Assembly (NCBI GenBank): GCA_000934665.2
Contig: KZ538225.1
Span: 1 to 64,000, forward strand
Direction: 5' to 3'
DNA length: 64,000 nt
From: Catajapyx aquilonaris
Taxonomy: Eukaryota
Shown here: positions 29,728 through 41,684 of the stretch, piece by piece
Layout of the letters: each line of letters begins with the position of its first letter
How positions within the stretch are numbered: the stretch's first letter is position 1
Notes under the pieces: model-generated
The model's input: only the letters and a program-made list of their open reading frames with translations
The model's database searches: none
What the model was told of the DNA's origin: nothing
Translations under genes and position numbers: made by a program

Positions 29728-30186
29728 ATGCAAAAATAAACTGCTAACAATGTTTCATCATAACTGGGTCATTCGGAGGGTATGCCCTGGTATGACCAGT
29801 TCCACCACAGTATGGTTGGAAATGGATTCGCCACTGAGGCAGCAACCCTCCAAAGAGATACGACATTGTTTATCCTGCCGAGAGGCCGTAGTTTTTTGTC
29901 AAATTACACATACCCAGTCAGTCAGTACCGCCTGGAACAGCTGTTGCTCCCAATGAAAACTCTCTATTTTCACAGCCCTGCTTATGATGTGGCATTGTGA
30001 CTGATGTACAGCAACGGTTTTGCAATGTTTCAAGTGTTACTGTCAATGCTGCAGTTTGAATTACATTCAAACAGTGGTACCGTCTCATCCTGTAGCAAAA
30101 GGTTTATCACGCCCCCTGAACTATAGCAGTTCGACATCAATATCCCAAATGAAGATTGATCCTCAACAGTAGGCACATCGGCTTAC

Positions 30187-30730
30187 CTGTCAATCACCGG
30201 GCACCAGTCCTTTTTCACCGGGATGGAACTGGATAGACCTCCAGGGATCAGGAGGCGAAGTGCCACCCGACAGAACAACTTCTTAGAATCAAATCTGATC
30301 AAATCCGGGCAGAATTCGGAAGCCTACCCAGAATGGAAAACCTTCCCAACGGACAGTCACGACGCCATCTTTCATCACAAGACCGCAATTTGAAGAATCG
30401 AAAGCTGTCTCTGAAACACAATTATGATTATGTAACTATAATTCATTGTCCTTAAATAGCTACGTAAATCATATTGCTCAAATGTGGCACAATTTATCGA
30501 TTAGAATTCATGTTACATTCATTTTATTTTGATGCAGGGTAGCCAACGACATGACGCGCCATTTCGTGTCCACTTGAAAAGTGGTCACGTTAGTAGAGGG
30601 GAACACGTTCATGGTCAGGTGCGACCTCGGAAAGTGAAACACGTCCAGATGTGAAACAAGTGCATGGCGCGGAGCGTTTCTGAATTGTCTTGAACAGCTG
30701 GAGTTGTGAGAAATACAAGACTTTAGTAAG
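30187..30730. promoter_or_regulatory. Probable bidirectional promoter with divergent non-coding first exons (minus: PI4KB-like gene; plus: KIAA0319-like gene)
   Basis: CpG-richer blocks either side of an AT-rich core. Minus-strand donor CAG|GTAAGC after 30187; YY1/Pho-like AAGATGGCG on minus (within 30361-30371); DRE-like TATCGATT near 30496; plus-strand GTAAGT donor at 30726. TSS positions are not observable. Confidence 0.5.
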
Positions 30731-31429
30731 TACGCGTCGGTCGCACGTTGGCAGGTGGTGGCGGACAACATCCAGTGTGTGTCACAGTACAGGGGACGAG
30801 CAGTAGGCAGGTTGGAATTACGTACTGCTGAGGACAGTGGTCGAGAAGAATGTTGCATCACAGCCTCTCTGTTGATGTTGCACACTTGTCTCTGGGTTTT
30901 ACTCTCAGGGTGAAGGCGGGTGAAGATGGCCTGTTGCGGTACTTTTGCAGCGTGAAAAACTACTGTAAATTAAGAGACCACAAGTGTAACAATTCATGCC
31001 CGTGACACGAAATTGTATCAAGCAAGCGACTTGTTCCAATTTCAAGCAAAGTACAACATATTGTTCCCTAATATTTACCTCATCAGCAACATTGAAGAGA
31101 GTGGAAGGGCATGACTAGATTATATTTTTGAAATGGCGATTAATGTTATATTTGCACTTGTAACCATCTGAACATTGATTTCAAATCTTATCACCACAAC
31201 CATGACATTGTGTAATGAAATAGTGGGCATAACTTCTCTAGCATTAATTTGTTAGTTACATTAACATTTAAAAAATTATTTCTGCCATTGAGGAGCCGTG
31301 ACAATTCTGTCGTAGCAAGCCACAATTTGCCGAATCGAGTACCATTTTATAACACTTTCGTAACTTCTTTTAGTAAAAATTGTTTTGTTCTCTCAACAGG
31401 TGAGGTGCTCTTCAGATGCCCCCTTAAGG

Positions 31430-34400
31430 ATGTCCATGTTTTCTTCCGCCCTCTTCCTGACCACATTCTTCACAGCTTTGCCTCGATTAGCCCTATGCTA
31501 TGGGCGGGCCTATTCATATGCCTCTGATCCCACTGCCCCAGAGCTCCTTGCCCTCTGTCCTGAGCTAGATCCCAAAGTTTATGTAGGATATGTCCCTCGT
31601 GACCAGAAGCATTCTGGAAATTACACCAAGAAGCCCCAGGATAAGGATATGGACTCATGCACACTGTCTTGCTGTCAGGACGAAAGCTGCAATGTTGCCT
31701 TCATGTTCCAGTCTGCTTGCTTCCTGGTCAGCAATAATGAACTTTAATAACTGTACTATATGAGAAAAACCTGATACTATTTATTTTGACACCAATTATG
31801 CCTGATATTTTGGACCATCATATTTTTGCTCCCCTTCATTCCTCCCCATAACTAATTTATGTCAATTTCAAACTGTACTGCCAGTTGAAATTATTTTTGC
31901 AGATGCTCATTACATGGAAATTAGACTTCCAACTGTGCTATTTAGAATGATCAGGTTTTGTAGTGTCACTATACCCCATTGTCTCAACTGAAGTGTCAGC
32001 CTGGTAACACACACAGTCAATTTTAGTAACTATGCTCATCGTGTGATTTTATTTCAGGTCAAGTGCAAGAGCAATCATGCTTGCCAACCAGTAGAAGGAT
32101 ATACTGATAATCTTAAGAAGAATGCCAGAATGGTGCTGGTGAGGCCAGTAGATTCAGGATTTGAGCTAGGGGATGACTACCAAAATGACATGACAGAAGA
32201 GGACTTTGCATCTACGACAATGGCATCTGAAGGCATTCCTGTTGGTGTGGCCTGTTTAGTGGGCATTGATTTGGTCTGTCCTGATAATGAAGTGTGTGGT
32301 CGGGTGCAGCCCAACAACAGGTCTAGAAGTGGTATGTGTCAGTGTATCAAGAATTATGAGCGCAACCATGACGGAATATGTGTACCACAAGGTAGGTTTC
32401 CACACCATCTGTTGTCATGAGTATATGATTAACTGGCTGTTATTTTCAGTGGAGAAGTTGACTGGAGCAGGGATGGAAGTTTCACTATTAAGTCAATCTC
32501 TTGCAAAAGAGGTAAGAGGCACTTATTGTCACACACCTCATAATAATTCACCATGAGATATTTGGATATTGGATTCCTACCTAATGATCTCACCTGTGAA
32601 AATAACGAGTTCAAAAGTTAATTGATCTTAAATAAAGATCACATTTGCCTGTCAAATTATACAGTAAACAATTACTACTTCCCCTGTAAAAGAGATGGTC
32701 AGTGATGATGTGAGGAACACGTGAAACCACTTCCACTGATTCCACACTTGTTCTGCAGAATCATTGTTCTGGTAGTAATTCTGAAATGCGATTGAATTTG
32801 TGTTACAGCCTGATTCCAGTCCCAGCTCAACCTCATCTCCTGAAGTCACTAATGCCACTCTGGGCCATCTGGTAGTCAAGGTTGAATCTCAGGAAATTCG
32901 TCTGCCTGACAGCAATGCATTCCTCTCTGTTTACACAATCCCTTCTGAGCAGCATGGTATGACCTTTTTTTAAAAAAATCTACTGGACATGTTTGTGGTT
33001 AAAAAATGGTACAAAGGGAAGCATCATCCTGTCACTTGGTATATAAGGAGAGGTCGCATTTGTTAAATGAAGATAGTTTACAGTATAATATTGTAGTAAA
33101 ATGAGTAACACCAGCCATTAATGAAATTCTCTCCCCAATCTGGTGCTTCCTGCGGCTGCTTCTGAGTTCTGAACAGAAGTCATTGCAAGTTAGAATGATC
33201 GTTATTAATGCAAATTCAATTCACAGGGGATCACTACGTATATGACTGGAAGCTGCTGTCCCACCCAGAGCAAGACAAGGGCAACATGAAAGGTTTAAAC
33301 ACAAACAGCATCACATTAAGTGATTTGGTTGAAGGCGTGTACAAGTTCAAAGTGACTGTTACCACTCCCAAGGCTCAAGGGGAAACCTATGCTAACATTA
33401 CTGTCCTTCCAAGTATGCCACATCAATTTCATGCTGTTTGCTGCCTAACTAAGCCTATTCCTTTGACAGGAAAAAGATTGAACAAGCCACCTGTGGCGGT
33501 CATAACTCCAGAGAACCAATCGGTCCAGCTCCCCAATACAGGAGCTGTGTTAGATGGTTCTTCAAGCACAGATGATGAGAAGATTGTGAGCTACAAATGG
33601 GAGCTGCAGCAGGGCCCTATTGGATACCAGAGGTGGCAGATGGAAGACACTCCCACACTGCAACTCAAGGACCTCATTCCTGGAAACTACACATTTAAGT
33701 ATGTTCTGTGCCACTTCTATGCACTATAATCGTAATCTTAATAAATTTTATAAAAATAATCTGGATTTGAGCTTTCCCCCCTGTGGTATTTATCACACTG
33801 GACACTATACTCCCATGTGTCACTTGGAATATTTTACATTGGTGGGAGACTCGGGCAACATCTTATGGATTGAAATAACTAGTTATTTCTGTGCTTGGCA
33901 GACTGACCGTGGAGGACTCCAGTGGGGCAACAAACTGGACCACAACAAACATTACAGTAACTAAAGAGACTGACTACCCACCAACAGCCAATGCAGGCCA
34001 AAATCTGATAGTGTACTTGCCAAAGACGGAAGTGACCCTTAATGGAAACCAAAGCACAGATGACAAAGGGATTGCCAGTTGGGAGTGGACCCTGGCACCA
34101 AGTGACCAGGACAGGGCAGTGGACATGCAAAACACTCACACCCCATATCTTCAAATTTCCAACCTGGCACTGGGCATGTACACCTTTGTGCTCAAGGTCA
34201 CTGACACTGCAGGACAGACCTCCATAGCTGAAGTTCACGTTCTGGTCAAGGAGCCACCAAACAAACCTCCACAAGGTAATTCCTAGTCCAAGTGAGTTTG
34301 ATAAATTGAAAAGAAGTTATTAATTATAAAAATCCAAAGCTCATTCAGATGTTTGATATTTACATGCCTGGATATATTTCATTTAATTTATTTTATTAGT

Positions 34401-36813
34401 AAATGCTGGTGCAGATATGACCATCTCACTGCCTCAGAACTGGGTGACTTTGGATGCATCAAAAAGTACAGATGAAGTTCAGATAAGTTGGAATTGGAAG
34501 CAGTTAAGGTATGTACTTTAGTGATTTTCTCATGAGAGTTATTTGAGCGAATTATTTGGTACTCTTTGGGTTTTCGTTGAATAAGACATTACGGTAAGTT
34601 TAAGTAATTCCTGTGGAGGGAAGGACATGCTTATATTGTATAAGCCAGACTATCTTTCTTGCATCTACAACCATCACACCACCCCTCCCCCCCTCCTGTA
34701 TCTCTTCCTTTTGTATCCACTTATTAAATAAAACACAATTACTGCTGCTAGGTTAATGAAAATTGATAGCAGAAAAAGGGGCATTAACTGGTGAATAAAT
34801 CCCTGAGTTCCTTGTTATTACCTGTCAACACGAAATGTTTAGTTCAGTCTCCTCAAGGCTTACCCAATCCCAGGCAGAAAAACAAACAGATAAGTAGGAG
34901 AGGGATGGTGGAGGGAGGATTGTTGATCTAGATCAGCAAATGATATGGAGGAGCAGGTTAATGAACTATTGAATACAAGCTGATATGCAAAAAATGTTAT
35001 CTTCATTTTTTTTTTCAGGGGTCCCAACCAAGCATCAATTGCCAACCCAGACCATGAGCAAGTGAATGTAACGGGACTCACCAAAGGAGAGTACGAATTC
35101 CTATTGACAGTGTGGGATCAGAACAAGAACACTGCCAATGACACTGTTGTGGTCACTGTCATTCAGAGTGAGAACTTTCAAAAGAATTTGGCTTCTCTTT
35201 TCCTCTTTCCCCAGCCAAGATGAAGTTTCAACACCATTTCATTTCAGGTGAAAATCGCCGCCCACATGCTGATGGTGGAGGCGACCAAACTGTGACCCTG
35301 CCTGTGCCAGTGGTTATTTTAAATGGTTCAAAGTCGAGTGATGACGTTGGGGTGGTTAAGTGGGAGTGGATTAGGGATGGCTCAAGTTTGGCTAGTGGAA
35401 AGGTTGTAGGAAACAGTGACAAGACCGCAATCTTGCAGGTAAATACCTTTTGCACGGATTAACTTGTACATAAAAAATAAATTTGTTATTCTCAGCTACA
35501 CTTTTAAAGCCAGAATTTGCTCTTACTGGCAGCTATGGTTTAGGTGTTAGTGAGAGACGGCTTTCAGTTTTAATTTTTAATCTTCAAAGGGGTTATGGAC
35601 ATTTCTATGAGTACCTGCCTAACTTAATCTTGCCCTTCTCCAGCTCACGGACCTTGTACCGGGCCACTACCTGTTCCGCTTGCGAGTTTCTGATGAGCAG
35701 GGTGCATCTGATGAAAACACTGTGTCGCTAATTGTGAAGCCAGATCCAAATCTCATGGACATGGTGGAGGTGGTACTCAATGTAGATCTGACCACCATAA
35801 CTGAGACCCAAAAGGCAACTACCATGCAGCAGCTGGCACTCCTACTTCATGAAGAGGGTGAAGTTGAAATCCATCTCAATGAACTGAAGCAACAGCCACA
35901 TTCAGGTGTGTTAATTGATGCCTGCTGGACAATGAGAGCTTTGGTAATAACTACAGAAGGCTGCATTTTGGTGGGTGAAATGTATTGAGCCATTGGCCTT
36001 GCCATTTATGCCACTTTGGTATTATTATTATGCTGATGGGGAGAGGGCAGTTATTTGAGTGTACCCTGAAAATTGTAAAATATTCTGCAACAGAAAGAAA
36101 TTTTAAATTTAAATTTAATGTACATCTTACTTGTAGGTCATGCAGTACTGATATTCCATGTGGAGACTACTAATTCAAATGGCCACAGGGAAGTCCTGAA
36201 AGGACCCCGAGTCCTTGCAAGGCTCAAAGACAAACTGCAGCATGATGAAGGATTGCTGCAATTCTCTGCTCTGTCCCTTGACACTGTTGTGTGTCAAAAC
36301 AACTGCTCTGGACATGGGATTTGTGACCAGGGTTCAAGAGAATGCCTTTGTGAAGCCTTTTGGATGGAAAATGTCATACGGAGGAGAGTTGGAGATGGTG
36401 AACCCAACTGTGGTGTGTACCCCCTTACTCATCCATTGACTGAACACCTGACCAATGACACTCGTTTTAACCGTTAATTTCTTGTTTCAGATTGGAGCAT
36501 TTTGTATGTGGTAATAGTAATATTCCTGATCATCTTGAGCCTCATTGGCACAACCTGGGCAGGTGTATGCCTTTGTCAGCATTGGTGTCAGGCAAGAAAC
36601 AAACCAAAGAAGAAGCAACACAGGTACTCCCTCCTGGATGAAGACCAGATGGAGATGATGGCTAAGTCACAACTTATTGGTTCAGATTCAGACTCTGAGT
36701 CTGACGTCCTGTTTGAGAGCAGCAGGAAGAACAGGAGCAATGGGGCGGGGAAAGGAGGCCCCATCAAAGGGAAGAATGGGTTCGTCAAATTTGGGCAGAG
36801 GGTCAAGACGTGA
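31430..36813 (+). CDS. KIAA0319L: Dyslexia-associated KIAA0319-like (AAVR-family) type I membrane protein, 13 exons, 979 aa
   Basis: Exons 31430-31726, 32058-32391, 32450-32511, 32809-32956, 33227-33412, 33470-33698, 33902-34275, 34400-34508, 35019-35167, 35248-35438, 35644-35905, 36137-36412, 36491-36813. All GT-AG, phases consistent, total 2940 nt. Signal peptide, MANEC-type Cys domain, second Cys-rich module, five PKD-like repeats (PPxAxAG...LDGSxSTDD..IxxxxW), CQNNCSGHGIC EGF-like motif, TM helix and cytoplasmic RYSLL. Confidence 0.93.
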
Positions 36814-38166
36814 GACCCAGTGGGCTACAATTGAACTCATAGTGATGTATCCTGCAACGATTACCTCCCCATTCCATTGTTTTTTACTGCAAAGTACAGG
36901 CAATTTAATTTGCATCAGATGTTTCCTTGGTCAATGACATCGATGCAAAGGTGATTTGCATAGGCCCTACTGAAAGCAAAAGTGGTCACATAAATTTAAA
37001 AGAAAGACATCACATTTAAGTGCCAAAAAACATGACATCACTAGCATAATCATGTCACTTTTCCTTTCAGATTTTAAAGGAATATTTCAGTACCCCCAGT
37101 GCACAATCCTAGATATTTTAAGCCATTTTAGTGCCAATCTTTATTTTCCCTTTATTGCAATGATCTGCCAGCGTTGCTTGAACAAACTTGTATTCCTATG
37201 TTACATCTAGTCAATGAAGCATAATTATGTCATTTACGTACATTGTTTTATCACGCGTGTATTTTGTCTTTGTGTCAAATCATTCTGGAATATATAGTCA
37301 TCAAATTTTCAAAGCTTAGGGTTTAGGTGGTGGCTCTTAATCTTTTTTATGTTACTTAATCTTTTATTGTGCTGGCACGAAACTTGTTTAGCAAAAGAAT
37401 AGGTGATCTTATATTTCTCCACATAATGATATGCCTTATTTTTGTGTGCCCAGGGCTATAGGAAATTGTTAAAGACAGTCAATTGTTGTAATTGCCACTA
37501 GTATGTAGTCGTACTGTTGTACCGTAACGTTTCCTTTTTCCACCAAGAACACTGCACAATGAAATTCCTCCTGTCCTTTCTGTTATTTTACTGATTGCAG
37601 GCAGCTCTCTGCTCTGCGTTTACATGTGATGAATCATCAAGATTCCCCCTACCATCTGAATTTTGTAAAGTCTAATTAATTATGTTAAGTGAATCGAATG
37701 ATTAATAAAAATATTGCCAGTTGACCTCGACTTCCTTTTAATTACTCACCCCTTGGGTATGATGAGTCATATTGAACCTTGTACATGTTGCATGTCAAAG
37801 TCAAATGAGCCCGCCCCCCTTGGTTGCTTCAGGTGGCAGCACCGCGCAGGAGACGGAAGTTGCGCCCGTCCACACCAGGGGCTGGAGGGGAGGGGGGAGG
37901 GTGTATTGCACAGGAGGAGCAGGGGGCAAGGGGAAGAAGTCCAAAAACACCATCCTTTCGATCCTGTCGCGAAATTGTGCAACCCCTGACATCATAGCAA
38001 CCAGCCCCTACTGTCCCAAAAACACCATTTTGCTCAAGTCAGACTACAGTGAGCTCAGGAACAACCTACAACCAAGGTGACACACTCGAGTGCCAGGTAA
38101 CCCAGAGTAACCTTCAGAAGGACTACTGTATTTACTGGGGTGGTTACCGTATTAAACCAGAGGGCA

Positions 38167-40883
38167 ATGGAGTCTGTGGGCCCAACCAAGGTGGCAACCA
38201 AGCCTGCATGGGGAACACTGGCGTTCAGCAACGTCCTGCCGCTGGCCGAGGTCATGTCAGAGGAGCTGGCTAAGACAATGCAGCACAAGTGAGTTGCCTG
38301 CTGTCACCCGACTAGTTGGGATGCATTTTCATGGTTTGTGCTTTTTTTGTGTGCGTACAGAGAGGATGAGCTGGCCTGGAAGGTGTCGCTGGATGAGGTG
38401 CAGGCGGACACTGCCAAACTGGATGGGGGCAATGGCGAGGGGCTGGCTGCTGCTCTTGAGGGGGAATCAGGGGAGGCAGATGGGTGCAGCAGCGATTATC
38501 TCATTGCGCAGCTGCTGCAGACACAGTTTGATCGAGAGCATGATGACCGGCTCAAGCGAGAGGAACGCAAGTTCAACCGTGAGGCTAAAGGTTTGTTGAG
38601 CCTGTGACAAGCAGGGTTTGTTGCTTTCAAATGTCAATGGGATTAGAGCAGCAGCTCTTTTAAAAATAGTTACAAAAATATTTAAAAAGTGATTCCATAT
38701 GTTTCGAAAAGAATTCCTTTACTATACAAGTGTTAGTGTGGAATAAATAATTCCATATTAAACCTTAGACTGGGTGGAACACTTGGTACAGGTATATTTT
38801 TGGGATGAAGTTGTTAATCATTACACCAAAATCTGACAACATGTTTTTCAATTTTGTTTTTCAGTACCTACTTATCAGAACATGTAACTTGAAATAACAA
38901 AGTGGTATTGACATCAATTACCAGAAAAGACAAGGCTTACCTATTAGTTAAATCTTCATTTCAGGATCAGTAGAGTTGAAACAGTTGGGAAAGGTGCTAA
39001 ATACATATCTTAATAGTCTAATTTTATAATATTCAGTTGACCATGACAATATTGTCAATTATGCATTTCCTTTTTTTTTGAAACCACAGTTTTGATTTCA
39101 ACTATTTTTGAGATAAATTATCTGTATGAAAACTGTTTCGTAATGTATATTCTTGCTTTTTTTTCTCAGTGTCAATCTCCCTTTCCAATTATCGACGCAT
39201 GCCTGAAACTTACAAGTATGAAACTGATTCGGATGACGACGACTCTGAGGATGACACCAGGGACTGGGATGCCTTTGAGACAAGTGAGAAGGCCTTTCCA
39301 GTAATCCCTCGGTGTGGGTACAAAAAGCAAGGGGATACCTTAGTGACCAAGCACGATATCACCATGAGCAACCGTCGCAATGCTTGCCGTGTGATGGAGT
39401 TTCCACCTGGGATCGAGACTGGGGATGGAGGTGGCTTTGACATGCAGCTGTCCAACAAGGTGTTTAACAGCCTGAAGGTATATTCACATGTTGAGGCAGA
39501 TCGACATGCCAAGCTGCATGACAAGACAGAGAAGAGCACAGCAGAGATGGCTCTCGACCCCAAGACAAGGCTCATTCTTTACAAGATGGTGAACAACCGG
39601 GTGCTGGACCAGATCAGTGGATGTGTCAGTACTGGAAAAGAGGCAATAGTCATGCATGCTGATGGATGTCAGGAGAAAAATGTTGGTGTACTTCAAGATG
39701 ACGGCGAATGGCATCCTAAGTCTGTCCCAGCTGAATGTGCTGTCAAGATTTTTAAGACGACGCTGAACGAATTTAAGAACAGGGACCGATACATCAGGGA
39801 TGACTACCGTTTCAAGGCACGCTTCTCCAAGCAAAACCCTAGGAAGATCATCCACATGTGGGCTGAGAAGGAGATGCACAATTTGGCTAGGATGGAGAGA
39901 GCTGGTGTGTATTTCTTTGTGCTTGTGAGATTGATTCAAGATCATAAATATTTTTATTTTTGCAGGTATCCCCTGCCCGGCTGTAGTGCAACTGAAGAAG
40001 CATGTGCTTGTGATGTCATTCATTGGGACCAACATGATGCCTGCACCAAAACTGAAGGAAGCGCTTATGCCTTTTAGTGACATGTGCATGGCATATGAGC
40101 AGACAGTGGATGTAAGCCTGTTCAGTTAAGTTCTGCAGCAGTTGTGTACATGTTCTTAAAATTTCAGGCAATGCAAAAGATGTTCAATGAGTGCAACCTG
40201 GTCCATGCTGACCTCTCTGAATACAACATTCTGTGGCATGAACAAAAGTGCTGGTTCATTGATGTAAGCCAATCAGTAGACAAGTCGCACCCTCACGCCC
40301 TTGAGTTCCTTTATCGGGACTGCACCAACATATCCAACGTAAGTGGAGTCTTATCCAAAATGTATTAATATTAAGTAACTGCTTTTAACTAAATTCTTGT
40401 TTGCAGTTTTTTACCAAAAAGGGTGTCCCTGATGTGAAATCCACAGCTGAACTATTTAAGTCCATATGTAACCTGGAAGTGAGCAGCAGCGATGTTGAAG
40501 CTCTGTCCCAGGTAATTTAACAGAAGGTGGTCCAAATGACAGTTCATGCCATACCACTATGGATGTCATGAATTAATTGCCCCAATGAGGGAGATTAAAT
40601 ATGAAAACAAAACCCATCAATGCTGTCACCCACCGACACCTTAAATTTGGATTTATATTAAACATTTCAGATTCAGGACTATGAGGAAAATGAAGAACTT
40701 CTGACTCACGGACTTACTGAGAAAGAATTCCCATTTGAAGCTTCATGGGAGGAAGTTAAGCGTGGAGGAAAGTTTGGGGGTAAGGCAGGAAGGGCCCCAC
40801 GCAGGAGGAACAAATCTTTTGGCAAAGATGACAACAATGATGGACATCATGATCCCAAAAGCAGTGGAAATCTGACCGAATGA
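38167..40883 (+). CDS. RIOK3: Serine/threonine-protein kinase RIO3, 7 exons, 573 aa
   Basis: Exons 38167-38288, 38361-38590, 39170-39904, 39966-40111, 40168-40338, 40407-40511, 40671-40883. GT-AG, total 1722 nt. RIO3-type N-terminus (LAEVMSEELA; SDYLIAQLLQxxFDREHD) plus RIO kinase motifs STGKEA, KIFKTTLNEFKNR, WAEKEMHNL, HADLSEYNIL, IDVSQ. Confidence 0.95.
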
Positions 40884-41266
40884 CCAATCCTGACACAATG
40901 ATATACTCGATGTAAGATATACGGTGTACATTTTTTGTACAATGTCGCATGCTTATTATTCTGGCCACTTCATACTCTGCTCTAATGTTTCAACTCTTTT
41001 TGAGTTAACTGTTCTACTGGTTATGGGCTCTTATGTAGAAATTTCCATTACTTTGAATTTTCGGGAAAGTTTTACTCAAGAAGACTGTGATGGAGATGGA
41101 AATTATACACCAATAAAGGCGATGATACTTGATTGCTACATGGCTACATTTATTTCTGTTCTTACACTCTGTACTTATGATTATTATTATTAGCTTTTAA
41201 TACGTAAATGACAAAACCAGGCACTGCATAGAGATTCACATAAAGGCATTCTTGGGTGTAATTCTA

Positions 41267-41358
41267 GCACTTGTTCTGGTCTTACGTTAGACTTAATGAT
41301 CTGCCAGTCTGTGCTGACTGGCAGATCATTAAGTCTAACGTAAGACCAGAACAAGTGC
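41267..41358. repeat. Perfect inverted repeat: 43-bp stem, 6-nt loop
   Basis: 41267-41309 is the exact reverse complement of 41316-41358. Confidence 0.97.
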
Positions 41359-41578
41359 CTCTCTTTTCCTTCCTTCCTCTTTTGAAAAGTTACTTGGATC
41401 AGAAATCTGGTTTAGTACTTTCAGTTGGAGCCCAAGGACCAATAAATAAGGCACAAGAACTTTCACCATTCTAGCAGGTAATGGTGTGTAAGCAAGATGG
41501 GTGCTCTGGCTGATGATGTCAAATTGTGCTTCTAATCAGCTGTGTGTAAAAACATTTTTATAATGTGCTCTTACTAAA

Positions 41579-41684
41579 GTACTATATCGCTCAAAAAGAT
41601 AGAGACGATTGGCATTTGATTCAAGTGCAAGTTGCACTTGAGTCAAATGCAAAATCGGCTCTATCTTTTTGGGCGATATAGTAC
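41579..41684. repeat. Near-perfect ~106-bp palindrome, probable TA-flanked foldback MITE
   Basis: gtactatatcgc...gcgatatagtac termini; arms pair almost to the centre with about four mismatches or bulges. Confidence 0.8.

Noticed and set aside
39210..40089. Minus-strand ORFs of 121 and 201 aa
   Set aside because: Antisense to RIOK3 exons with no independent signals.
40881..40901. TGA-C stop context of RIOK3 (readthrough candidate)
   Set aside because: The extension would be only five sense codons with no recognisable motif; no other support.
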